From Kiritimatiellia bacterium (lineage in GTDB: Bacteria > Verrucomicrobiota > Kiritimatiellia > JAAZAB01), in the NCBI GenBank assembly GCA_040767085.1, contig JAXGPF010000011.1, forward strand, positions 1 through 64,000: 64,000 bases of DNA, given 5' to 3'. The position numbers were made by a program, and so were the translations under genes. The notes below the pieces were generated by a model. The model did no database searches. It saw only the letters and a list, made by a program, of their open reading frames with translations, and was not told the DNA's origin. This document shows, in pieces, positions 1 through 10,200 of this stretch (positions are counted from its first letter, which is position 1; each line of letters starts with the position of its first letter).

Positions 1-621
1 GGCCAGAAACGGCATTACACCATCGCCCGCCCGCAAAAATTCCTCTGGCTGTTTGTCGGCTTCCAACTCGACAACCATATCGCGCTGCAGCCGCTGTGTT
101 CCACGGTTATAGACGGTCTTCCCGCCATCCACGGCAACCTGGCGAATTTGCTGAAGGATTACATTGCGGCACGCGCCAGTGCGCTGCCGTCTCCCGAACG
201 CAGCGTGCGTTTGAGCCTGACCTTATGGCAATTGCTCGCGCAAATCGCCAGCCAACGCAACGCGCGGGCAATTGGCCGCCCGCCCGCCACCCCGGCAATT
301 GCCGACAATCTGGTTGCCCGTGTGCAGGCGCTGGCGCTGAAAAACCCGGCCGAATATTGCAACAGCCGCCGGATTGCGCTGGCGCTGGGCGTATCAATGC
401 CAAAGCTTAACCGCCATTTCCAGCAGGCCTCCGGCAAAAGCCTCGGGGGATTTCTGCGGACGCAGCGCATCTGCCGGGCGCGCGATTTGCTGAATACTAC
501 CCAGTTAAGCATCAAGGAAATCGCCGCCGCCTGCGGATTCAGTTCGCCCCAAACCTTCAGCCGTACATTCAAGCAAATGCTTAAAATCCCGCCGCGGCGC
601 TACCGCGCGCAGCGCAAATGA
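1..621 (+). CDS. AraC-family transcriptional regulator (5'-truncated by window edge)
   Basis: Frame is open from base 1. C-terminal double HTH typical of AraC (LNRHFQQASGKSL...RICRARDLL...SIKEIAAACGFSSPQTFSRTFKQ..PPRRYR). Confidence 0.9.
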   Translation, partial: GQKRHYTIARPQKFLWLFVGFQLDNHIALQPLCSTVIDGLPAIHGNLANLLKDYIAARASALPSPERSVRLSLTLWQLLAQIASQRNARAIGRPPATPAIADNLVARVQALALKNPAEYCNSRRIALALGVSMPKLNRHFQQASGKSLGGFLRTQRICRARDLLNTTQLSIKEIAAACGFSSPQTFSRTFKQMLKIPPRRYRAQRK

Positions 622-647
622 CTCCCGACAGCGAGTTTTGAAATTAC

Positions 648-3600
648 TCATTTTTTGATTACTTCGATCCCGCTGATCACCTGGGCGGTTGGCCCGGAAA
701 TCCCCTTGAAGTCAATGCGCAGCACCCCGCCGGCAACCTGGATGCCGTCAAATGTTTTAACTAACGCCTCCTGCATGCCGGCTTCGGCAAAGATATCCAA
801 AGCCATACGCTGCTGATCCTGCACGCTCACTTCAAATACGCGCCGGCCGATGCCCGGCGCATATGTTTCAGCAAAGTGCAAACGCACCTGATAACTGCCG
901 GCCGGCACATGAAACCGGTACCCATCCATACCCCAGCGTTCGTAATTACGCAGGTTATCCATTCGCAGGCGGCGTGACACTTCCCCGCCAAGATGGCCGT
1001 ACCCGGTCTGCGCGGTCCCCCAACCCGCATAATCATGGTCCGGGAGCCAGAGATTGCCGTCATGATCCGTGTAAAGCACGCCCGGTTCCGCTCCGCAATT
1101 TACGCGGTAAACCGGCTTGGGGCCGCTTAAATCCATCTGCGGCAGGCGCTGCGGCAGCCCGGCGGCATCGTCCCCCCCAGCAACGACCACGGTCAAAAAT
1201 CCGCTGTCAGCCAAAGCGGACGCATCGTCAATCGTTGCGACGATCCTGCTCCATCCGCCGACCAGGACAACCTCCACGCCTTTATCCGCCCCCGCGCCTG
1301 CTCCGGGCTGGATGACCTTGCGGTTCATCCACGCTTTGCGCGGGCAGGCACTGCCGAACATTAAACGCGCCCGGCACCGTTTGGGACCGCGGACTTCCAC
1401 CGCCGCAAACAGGGGCACACGCCCGCCCTCCGCGTCCAAATCGCAATACACTGCATAATTGCCGCGCGGCGCGACCCGCCACCCGGCGCTGTCCGCCGTC
1501 CATGCCGGATATGACACCAAGCCGTCCGCCCCGGCCGTCCCGGCCGCCGGGGCGAGCGCCACCCAGGGATCAAAATCATCCACCCGCGCCAGATCGTCGC
1601 TCAAAAAACTCCAGAACTTCCAGTGAGTCAAGTCCGACCAGGCCGTGGCATACTTCCCTTGATCCAGCGCGGCCATGGCGCCGGCGGTAATCTTGCGGAT
1701 GCGATCCTGCTCGGCCTGCGGCAGCAGCCGGCGGGGCAGGGTCTGTGTCCAAACCATATCCGCCCGTTGGGCGATGGCGCGCATGTGCCGCAGATATTTT
1801 TCATCCACCGGGTCATTGCCCCACCCCCCCAGTTCCGCCGCATCCCCCTCCACCACAAACGCCTGGATGCCGAATGGCGGCAGATGCACGGGGATTATGC
1901 TGGTTTCACCGGACAGCCGGCTGGCCGGCAACGGTTCGCCGGAACTCAATTCAGTGACCTTCCGCGCGCCGCGCACGGTCACGTGGCCGGCAATCGGCCA
2001 ATATCCTGGATTGGCCGCGTAGAAATACAGCCGGCCGTCTTTGCGCAACTCGCGAATTGCAAAATTATCGCGGAAGCCCGTCCCGCCCCACGGCTTGAAT
2101 TCATCGGCGGGCAATGCGCGGAACACGCGCGCAAACAGCCGCCACGCGTCTTCCTGGCCGACCAGCGCGGCGGCATCGGTGAACCCGAACGCGATGAATT
2201 CCGGGTCCATTCCGATCATGGCCTGCGCGTATGGCTCGCGGCAGAAAGCGCCCGACTGCTGCGCCTGCATGGTATACTGGAACGGCCGCGGCCAGTCGGG
2301 GCGATCGGGATAGAGTCCGGCAATCCGCTCCAGTTCGATCCACCCATAATTCAGCATCAGCGAACGCTTGGCGCCGAGGTTGAACGCCGCATAAAACTCC
2401 GGCTCGACGTTCTCCTGCCATGCTGCCGCGTAAATTTCCGTATCGAACGCCGGCTGATAACTGGCGGTGGCCGGCAGCCACGGCATCAACCGCACTGCCG
2501 GATAATCACGGAATGATTCCTTATCCCAACCACCGTCACGATAATATCCGGCGAACGGAATATCGTCATGCAGACATGCGCGGATATCCTCCCATCCCTG
2601 GTAACACCCCGCCACACATTCCAGGTCGCCGCGGTGCCTGGCCAGCGCCGCCGCCACCCCGGCGAAAAATTCTGACAGCTTGGCGACGCGCCATTCCGTC
2701 CAGATCGGGCGCATTGCGGGCTTTGCCAGGAACTGGCTGCGTTCGCGGAAGCGCTCGTTTCCGGATCCGGCTCCGGGCACTTTGATCCCCGTTTCACTCG
2801 CAAATCTTTCCATGGTAAAGTCATCATAGCTCAACCAGAACGGATCGGGGTTGCTATTGCGCCAGGCCGGAATCCAACCGCCGCTAAAATATGCCGTCCA
2901 ATTTACGCCGCGGTAAGCATGCAAGCCCGCGAATTTCCGCGACAGTTCCCCGGCAACCCGCTCCATTTCTCCGCGCACCGCCGGATGCATAAAATTCCAG
3001 CTTTCCCGCGCGCCGGTTCCGCTGCCGCCGCCGGCGTTGATGCCGGTCTCCGACACCATCACGTACGGATTAATGCCGGTTTCCGCAACCGCGCGTTCGG
3101 CTTTTTTGCGCAACCCGGTAGTTTCAATAAATTCCACGCTGGCATAAAAATCGATGCCATTGGCATCAAACACCCGCGCGGCAATATCGCGCATATCCGG
3201 GCCGAGGGTGGCAATACCCTGGAATGGCGTAAAACAGTCGTTACCGTCGGTATATTGGAAAGATCCCATAAGGTGCAGATTCTGTCCCGTAAACCGCAGG
3301 TATTCCGCGTAAGCCTCGCAGGTCTCAAGATATATCAGCAGGCGCTCACAGGCCTCCATAGCGGGAATGCCATTGGCGCGCGCGCCCGTTCCGGTTTCAA
3401 AGCGCCGGTGGACGCCGAATGAAGCGCCGAACCCGCTGCTCAGCACTGTCCGCTCGGAAAGCATTCCCCATTTACGGGAGCCGTCCGGCGGCGCATTCAC
3501 CCGCAACGCCGGCAAATTTCCCTGCACCCTGTAGATGCGCAAACGCGCCGCGGCGGCCGGCGCCTTGACGCCAAGGGTAATGATATTGACGGCATGCCCG

Positions 3601-5510
3601 CCCGGTTCGGGCCGATACAGCCATTTCAACTCCTTCAACTCCCCGGTGTTGGGATATTTGCCGCCGGTCCAGACGGCCGGTCCGCACTTGGAATGCCGGT
3701 CATGCACGGCGCCAGGGCGTTGAAAGACCGCGGTCGAGCAGGCCACGCCCATCCACCGCTCCTGGTCATCCGGATATTCCAATACCATCAAATACCAGTC
3801 GCCGGGATGTTGGAAAAAGACCTGGTAGGAAAACTGCCCCGCGCCCCGCCTTGAACTTGACCCAGGATACGCCTCCCGGTATTTGAGCCCGTTGCGCTCC
3901 ACCACAATCGCATTGGTCACCAGGCTGACATAATTTTCAGGATAATCTTTGCCGGGCGGCCACGGCGCCGAAGCGTCAATTTCCATCCACGGATGGCGCG
4001 GATTGTCCGGATCGGTGAAATCGATTATATCCTCCAGTTCAAGATTCATCCCCTCTTCGTAAGTATCGCCGGCAACCTCGCGCATTTCCAACGCGCCGCC
4101 GACAACCAGCAAAGGCTCCGGCGGCCGGGAATCCAGCAATGTTTCGCCGGCAAACAACTCGGCGGAAAACATATAAGCCCCGCGTGCCAGCCGCCCCATG
4201 GGCACGGTAAAGCTCAGCGAGTTGCCCGACAGCCGGCCGGCGTCAACCAGGCCGGACTTGCACGGCACATTCGTTCCGTCAACATATTGTTCCAACGACC
4301 ATTGCAACCGCGGATGGCGTCCCGCCAACCCGCCCGGCACATCAACCCGCATTGCCGCTTCGCGTTGGGCGCGGTAAAACAACAACGGATCGTCCGGATT
4401 ATGCAACTGGATCAGGCCGTCATATACCGGCTGGCTGCCCGCCCATCGCAGACCGAAGGCGCCGCGCACCCCGAAATCGAATTCCGTCAGCGGCGCCGCG
4501 TAAGGCCGCGGCATGACATCGCCGACCTTCCGCGGCGGCGGATTGGTCACCATGGTTAATTGGCGGATGTCCGGCTGCTGATCCAAAACGGATGCGGACG
4601 GATCAGATTTCCAGCGCCAATGCGGCCCGGTATCCAGCGCGATGCGCTCGCCGGAAGCCATAATGACAGCGCCCCGCGCCCAGGCGTAAAACAATGCGCT
4701 GCGCAATTGCATGCGGTTCCGGCCGGCGCGCAGAAAAGGCGCAATATCCACCGGCCGGGAAGCCGACCAGTGCCAGGGCCGCCATGTATCAACCTGTCTG
4801 ACCGGACGCGGCATGACGATGCTGGAATCTTCGACCGGCGCGCCGTTGATCCAAAGCTCCGTGGTATCCGCCACGTCAAGAACAGCGCGCCAGATATCGC
4901 CTTCCGGCACGGTAAAGTCCAGGACAAAATCTCCCTTGGTGTATTCGATTGCGATGGAACTGATATCAATAAACGTTCCTTCCAAGTCTCCTTCCACTTC
5001 AAAAGTCAATTCAATGCCATCCACGGGATTATGTTGATACCGGCTGTAATCTATCCGTATATCTTTCCATTCCCCGCCGCCGTTTAATTTCACCGGACGC
5101 GGCTTCCGCCTTAAACGCGCGCCATCCGCCATCGGCCAAAGTTGAACATTCACGTTTCCCGGCGTGGACCGCCTGCACTTCATAATCAATGTGAATTGAT
5201 CGGGATAAACCGCGGCAACCTGTTCGCCGGGTGTCTCCAATATTCCGTCCAGCCAGGCAATTGAAAATGATTTGTTGGTCGCTGCCAATCTCAATGCGCC
5301 TTCCCGGACTACCGGCGGCGTAAGACCGGCAACCCGATCCGGGGCATAACCGTCAAGGACAAGGTCTTGCCTTATAGCGGGAACAAACAACCCCTGCGCC
5401 CGGTCGAACAATTCCGATGCCGTCGGCGCGCCGGATACGGCGTGGGCGCAAAGCATCGCGCACGCTGCCGCCAGTGTTTTACGCATAATCTTCCGATTTT
5501 CAGCGAACAT
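648..5510 (-). CDS. Large secreted putative glycoside hydrolase-like protein with C-terminal malectin domain (start may be ATG 5486)
   Basis: Signal peptide MRKTLAAACAMLCAHAVSGA. Central segment WNFMHPAVR resembles GHL10/DUF187-type TIM barrels. C-terminus is malectin-like (YRVNCG...WLPD...YQVRLHFAE...GRRVFEV...ISGIEV). Paralogous to 7279-11436. Confidence 0.7.
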   Translation of the reverse strand: MFAENRKIMRKTLAAACAMLCAHAVSGAPTASELFDRAQGLFVPAIRQDLVLDGYAPDRVAGLTPPVVREGALRLAATNKSFSIAWLDGILETPGEQVAAVYPDQFTLIMKCRRSTPGNVNVQLWPMADGARLRRKPRPVKLNGGGEWKDIRIDYSRYQHNPVDGIELTFEVEGDLEGTFIDISSIAIEYTKGDFVLDFTVPEGDIWRAVLDVADTTELWINGAPVEDSSIVMPRPVRQVDTWRPWHWSASRPVDIAPFLRAGRNRMQLRSALFYAWARGAVIMASGERIALDTGPHWRWKSDPSASVLDQQPDIRQLTMVTNPPPRKVGDVMPRPYAAPLTEFDFGVRGAFGLRWAGSQPVYDGLIQLHNPDDPLLFYRAQREAAMRVDVPGGLAGRHPRLQWSLEQYVDGTNVPCKSGLVDAGRLSGNSLSFTVPMGRLARGAYMFSAELFAGETLLDSRPPEPLLVVGGALEMREVAGDTYEEGMNLELEDIIDFTDPDNPRHPWMEIDASAPWPPGKDYPENYVSLVTNAIVVERNGLKYREAYPGSSSRRGAGQFSYQVFFQHPGDWYLMVLEYPDDQERWMGVACSTAVFQRPGAVHDRHSKCGPAVWTGGKYPNTGELKELKWLYRPEPGGHAVNIITLGVKAPAAAARLRIYRVQGNLPALRVNAPPDGSRKWGMLSERTVLSSGFGASFGVHRRFETGTGARANGIPAMEACERLLIYLETCEAYAEYLRFTGQNLHLMGSFQYTDGNDCFTPFQGIATLGPDMRDIAARVFDANGIDFYASVEFIETTGLRKKAERAVAETGINPYVMVSETGINAGGGSGTGARESWNFMHPAVRGEMERVAGELSRKFAGLHAYRGVNWTAYFSGGWIPAWRNSNPDPFWLSYDDFTMERFASETGIKVPGAGSGNERFRERSQFLAKPAMRPIWTEWRVAKLSEFFAGVAAALARHRGDLECVAGCYQGWEDIRACLHDDIPFAGYYRDGGWDKESFRDYPAVRLMPWLPATASYQPAFDTEIYAAAWQENVEPEFYAAFNLGAKRSLMLNYGWIELERIAGLYPDRPDWPRPFQYTMQAQQSGAFCREPYAQAMIGMDPEFIAFGFTDAAALVGQEDAWRLFARVFRALPADEFKPWGGTGFRDNFAIRELRKDGRLYFYAANPGYWPIAGHVTVRGARKVTELSSGEPLPASRLSGETSIIPVHLPPFGIQAFVVEGDAAELGGWGNDPVDEKYLRHMRAIAQRADMVWTQTLPRRLLPQAEQDRIRKITAGAMAALDQGKYATAWSDLTHWKFWSFLSDDLARVDDFDPWVALAPAAGTAGADGLVSYPAWTADSAGWRVAPRGNYAVYCDLDAEGGRVPLFAAVEVRGPKRCRARLMFGSACPRKAWMNRKVIQPGAGAGADKGVEVVLVGGWSRIVATIDDASALADSGFLTVVVAGGDDAAGLPQRLPQMDLSGPKPVYRVNCGAEPGVLYTDHDGNLWLPDHDYAGWGTAQTGYGHLGGEVSRRLRMDNLRNYERWGMDGYRFHVPAGSYQVRLHFAETYAPGIGRRVFEVSVQDQQRMALDIFAEAGMQEALVKTFDGIQVAGGVLRIDFKGISGPTAQVISGIEVIKK

Positions 5511-7230
5511 TTAAAAACATTCCTGACGGCAGATATTCGTAGCAGCCCAGGTCCACCATCCTCGAGAACCGATCAATCCGGCGGCGGCCGTCCAAGTCCG
5601 CGGCATCTTCCATCCAGCTCTCTTTCAGCCCGGCATTGACGCAGGGCGATGCGCCTTGCAAGCGATAATCCTGCCCGGCCAAACTCCGGAATTGCGGATC
5701 CGCCTCGATGTTTTGCACGCCCAGGCCATTCGTTGGAAAAGTGCAGCTCCAGGCGATATTCGAGGGATTGCCGCTGTAAGTCGCGGTCCTGTAATTGGCT
5801 TCCGTCCCGAGATCCGATCCGTAATTGTAGCGCATGATGGTGTTGGTGATGGACGCTCCGGCGCCATACAGCCAAACTCCGCCGCAATTCCCGTTTTCCG
5901 CGCGATTGCTGACTACCGTGCAATTCAGCATGAGTGCGCCGTTGTTTAAAATTCCAGCGCCGGCATTGGGCGCAACGGCAGACGTGGCAAAATTCCCCTC
6001 AATCAACGAATTGCGGATCACGCGCATGGTAACGCCGTTGTCCGCCATACCAAACCCGCCGTTGGCGTTATTCCTGAGCTCGCACCGGTTGACCATAATC
6101 CCGCCCTGGCGCACGCTAATCCCACCGCCGTAATTGGAAGCCGTATTCCCCTCAAACACGCAGTCATCGAGATAATTAGTGGCGTCCGTCGTTGACGCGC
6201 TTGGATTTTGATAGAAGCCGCCGCCGGCAAGGGCCGTGTTGGAAATAAAACTGGAATTTCTGATATACACGGCTTGCATGTGATCATGCTGCCGGCTGAA
6301 TATACCGCCGCCGTAATCGCCGCGGTTGCCGGAAATCTCGCACCCGACAACCTCCACGCCCGCCGGCAGGTAGGCAAAGATACCGCCGCCGCTATATGTT
6401 AAGCTGGCCGGGTTGGTGGATTCGTTGCTCCGCACCCGGCAATTGGTGATAGATCCGGAGATTACAACAAATATTCCGCCGCCGCTTTTGGCCTTGTTGG
6501 AAACGACTAGGCAGTCATCCAACACGCCGCCGTTTTGCAGGCAGACCCCGCCGCCGCCCTGGTAGCTTGCGCCGCCCAAGGATTGATTGCCGTCTATGAC
6601 GCACCGCCGGATTGTGCCGTAATACATTGCAATGCCGCCGCCGCCCCGATAGGTGTTGTCCGGCACGCCGGCCGTATTGCCGGCAATCCGGCAGTCGGTC
6701 ACCAGCGCGCCGCTGCCGGAAGCGTAGATGCCGCCGGCGCCGACGGGGGCGGTGTTGCCGGCCACGATGCAATTCGACAACGTCCCCCCTCCCGCCGCGC
6801 CGTAGCCGAGGCTTACGCCGCCGCCGACATTGCTATTGGTGCCGCCCAAGCCATTGCCGTTGGTGATGGTGAAGCCGCTGACCCAGGCGCCGGTATGGCT
6901 GATGTAAAAACAGGCCGAATTGTTCTGTCCGTCAATAATGGCGGTGTCCGGGTCTTCCCCGCCCCCGGGCGCATAACTGCGCACCGTAACCGGCTTGAAG
7001 ACCGCGATGTTGGTCGCAAACCGGTATGTCGCCAGATTGGTGACCAGGATGACGTCGCCATCCGCCGCGGCATTAACGGCTTCCTGGATGCTGGTGGCGG
7101 CGCCGCTCCAGTTCGGATATTTGCCCGCGGCATCGTTGGTGCCGGCCGGCGATACATACAAATAATCCTGCGCCGTCAGGCGCATCCCGCCAACCAATGC
7201 GACCATTAGAAAAACAATGCGCGCTTTCAT
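5500..7230 (-). CDS. Secreted right-handed parallel beta-helix repeat protein (pectin-lyase-like fold, choice-of-anchor Q-like tail)
   Basis: Signal peptide; YVSPAG...TSIQEAV start; many GGG(I/V)..C.I..N repeats; tail DPQF...DYRLQGASPCVNAG...DLDGRRR...VDLGCYE. RBS GGAGG upstream. Confidence 0.85.
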   Translation of the reverse strand: MKARIVFLMVALVGGMRLTAQDYLYVSPAGTNDAAGKYPNWSGAATSIQEAVNAAADGDVILVTNLATYRFATNIAVFKPVTVRSYAPGGGEDPDTAIIDGQNNSACFYISHTGAWVSGFTITNGNGLGGTNSNVGGGVSLGYGAAGGGTLSNCIVAGNTAPVGAGGIYASGSGALVTDCRIAGNTAGVPDNTYRGGGGIAMYYGTIRRCVIDGNQSLGGASYQGGGGVCLQNGGVLDDCLVVSNKAKSGGGIFVVISGSITNCRVRSNESTNPASLTYSGGGIFAYLPAGVEVVGCEISGNRGDYGGGIFSRQHDHMQAVYIRNSSFISNTALAGGGFYQNPSASTTDATNYLDDCVFEGNTASNYGGGISVRQGGIMVNRCELRNNANGGFGMADNGVTMRVIRNSLIEGNFATSAVAPNAGAGILNNGALMLNCTVVSNRAENGNCGGVWLYGAGASITNTIMRYNYGSDLGTEANYRTATYSGNPSNIAWSCTFPTNGLGVQNIEADPQFRSLAGQDYRLQGASPCVNAGLKESWMEDAADLDGRRRIDRFSRMVDLGCYEYLPSGMFLNVR

Positions 7231-7278
7231 TCCGTTTCCTCCTTGTTTGTGATTTATCCGGTTATCCGATTTTTATCA

Positions 7279-10200
7279 TCAATTAACCTGCGCCATGCCG
7301 AGTTTGTCCAATTCGTGCCAGTTGGCGGGCTGATACGACCAGGACGCCGTCGGCGCGAGGCTGCCGCGCACCTGGCGATGAAAATTGATGCCGATAACCT
7401 TGCCCGGCGTCAAGGTCATTTTTAAGGCTGCCGCCGGAATCCGCATTTCAACAACCCAGCCATCGGCATTCATGCCGGCTTGAACCGTCCAATCCGGCGC
7501 GTAGTCATCCTCCACGGAGCCGCCGAAGCAGCGCTGGTCGAACTTGCGGCCGCCGGCATTGGCAGCGAATTGGAAATACTCATGCCCTCCAAAATCGGGG
7601 CGGATGAAAAGATTGATAAAATCCACTCCTTTGCCAATAACCGCGCGTTCGCTGGCCGCGCCGCGCGTGGCGGAATCAGGTTGCGGGTCCAGGCACTTGA
7701 ACGCCAGATACAAATTTTGCCCGTCATGGCAGGTATAGACCTGCGTCCCCCAGGCGGGCGCCGCCGGCTGGCGATCCGCGGTGACAAAGCCGCCCACGGG
7801 TGGCAGTTGCCGCCAGGCCGGATCGTCCAGCCGGCCGTCAATGGCCGGCGGATGCGCGACGCGCGGCCACTCCATGGTCTTTTTGCCGAGCAATTCGGCA
7901 TGCAGGACATACTCGCGTTTCTGATGGACTGTAGTCCAAAAATCGCCTCTGGTCAGCAAAGCCCACGCCCGCGCATAGTCGCCCGCATTTATTGCCGCCT
8001 GCGCCGCGGCGATGGTCTCCAGCAGGCCGGCATAAGATGTTTCGCCCAGCGCCGCGGCACACCCGGGCAAGTCGGCCAAAGCTTGCGCCCGGGCGATGAT
8101 ATTCCGCATGTGGGCGGTCTGGGTATCGTCCAGCCGGTCGGTGGCCCATCCGGCGATTTCTACTTGCGCGTCATCGGCGCAGAACGCCGCAATGCCAAAT
8201 GGCGGCAATTGCAGCGGCAGGTTGAGATCGTCACCTGCGGATTCCACGGCCACGGGCAACCCGGCCGCCAAGTCGCGCACGGCGGATGCGCCGCGCCCGG
8301 TGGATGCACCGCGCAGGACTATCCGCCCGGTGATCGGCCAATATCCCGGGTTGACCGCGTAGAAATACAGCCGGCCATCCTTGCGCAAGGCGCGGATAGC
8401 CAGGTTGCTCTGGAATCCGGTGCCGCCCCAGGGAGCGAATTCATCCGGCGGCAGCGATCTGAAAACGCGGGCAAACGGCCGCCAATCCGCCTCGTAGCCC
8501 GTCAGAATACCGAAATCGGTGAAGCCGAACAGGCAGAGGTCCGGGTCCATCCCGATCATGGCCTGCACGAAAGATTCGCGGCAAAAATCCGCTGCGGGAT
8601 TGGCCTGCATGGTGGATTGATACGGCCGGGGCCATTCTTCCCGCCACGGCATCTGTCCCGCCACCCCCTCCACCTCCCACCAGGGGTAATGCAGCATCAG
8701 CGAGCGGCGCGGGCCGGCATGAAAAGCGTCATACAACTCCTGCTCGGCATTCCCCTGCCAGAACCAGGCATAGCCTTCCACCTGGGTGGACGGCCGGTTT
8801 AATGCGGCGGCCGGCAACCAGGGGGCAATCCGTACGCCCTGCCCGCCGAACAGCTTCGGATCCCAGCCCCATTCCATCAAATATTCTCCTGCCGGGCGCC
8901 CGCTTTGCAGCCACTGGGGCAGATGGCCGGAAACATAGCAGCCGGCAACGCATTCCAAGTCGGCGCGGTGGCCTTTGGCCGCGGCATCCGCCTTGATAAA
9001 GAAATCGGCGAGTTTGCGGCAACGCCACGCCATCCACTGCCCGCGCATGTCCGGCGCGGTCAAAAAGTCATGGCGCCGGCGGAACCGCTCCGGACTGTCC
9101 GCCGCCGCACCGGGCAGGTTGATGCCGGTATCCTGCTCGAAGGCGGCGATGGTCGCATCATCATAACTGCATTGCCAGGGGTCGCCGCCGGCGCGCCAGG
9201 CCGGCATCCAGCCGCCGCCAAAGTACGCCGTCCAGTTAATTCCCAGAAAGGCCTGGTTGCGGGCGAATTTCAAGGCCAGTTCGTCCGCCACCCGCAGCAT
9301 TTCCTGTTGCACTTCCGGATGCGCAAAATTCCAGCCGGCCTTGGCGGCCGTGCCGCGGGCGGCGGGCGCCGGCGCGCCCTCCCGGGTGACCATCACAAAC
9401 GGGTTGCTCCCTGTGGCGGCGCGGGCGCGTTCAGCCTTTTCCATCAGGCCGGTGGTGTAGGCAAATTCCACGCTGGCATAAAATTTTATATCGTTGGCCT
9501 CGAGCACCCGGGCCAGGACGTCGCGGAGGTCCTCCGTCAGGCGCGCGCTGCCGCGGTTGGGCGCAAAACCAGTGTTGGCGTCATGGTATTGGTAGGCGCC
9601 CATGACGTGCAGGTTTTGCCCGGTAAACCGCAGATACTCGGCATAGGCCTCGCAGGTTTCCAGGTATTCCAGCAGGCACGCGCAGGCAGCGTGAGCGGGG
9701 ATGGTGTCCGGGGCGGCGCGCGGCGGCCCGCCTTTTTCCCGGCGCACGCCGAAAGTTGCATCCAAGCCCCGGCCCGGCGCCGTCCGCTCGGTCAACAGGC
9801 CCAGGCGGCGGACGGAATCGCCGGCGGGGGGATTGACCTGCAGTTCCGGCAGCCGGCCCTGCACGTGTTGAATCAGCAGGCGCGCGGCAGCCGCCGGCGC
9901 CGTGTTTTTACCGAGATTGATCACCGTGACGGCATGCCCGCCCGGATCGGGCCGGTACAGCCAGTGCATTTTGCGCATGACGCCGGAATTGGGGTATTTA
10001 CCGCCAGTCCAGACCGACGGCCCGCACTTGGAGATGCCGTCAGACGTCCGGGCTTCGCGCGGACGTTGATTGATGGCGCTGGCGCAGGAAACACCGATCC
10101 AGCGTTCGGCATCGTCCGGATATTCCAGCGTCAGCAGGTACCAGTCGCCGGTGTTTTTAAAAAACACATTATACGAAAATTGCGCCCAATAGCCGGGGCG

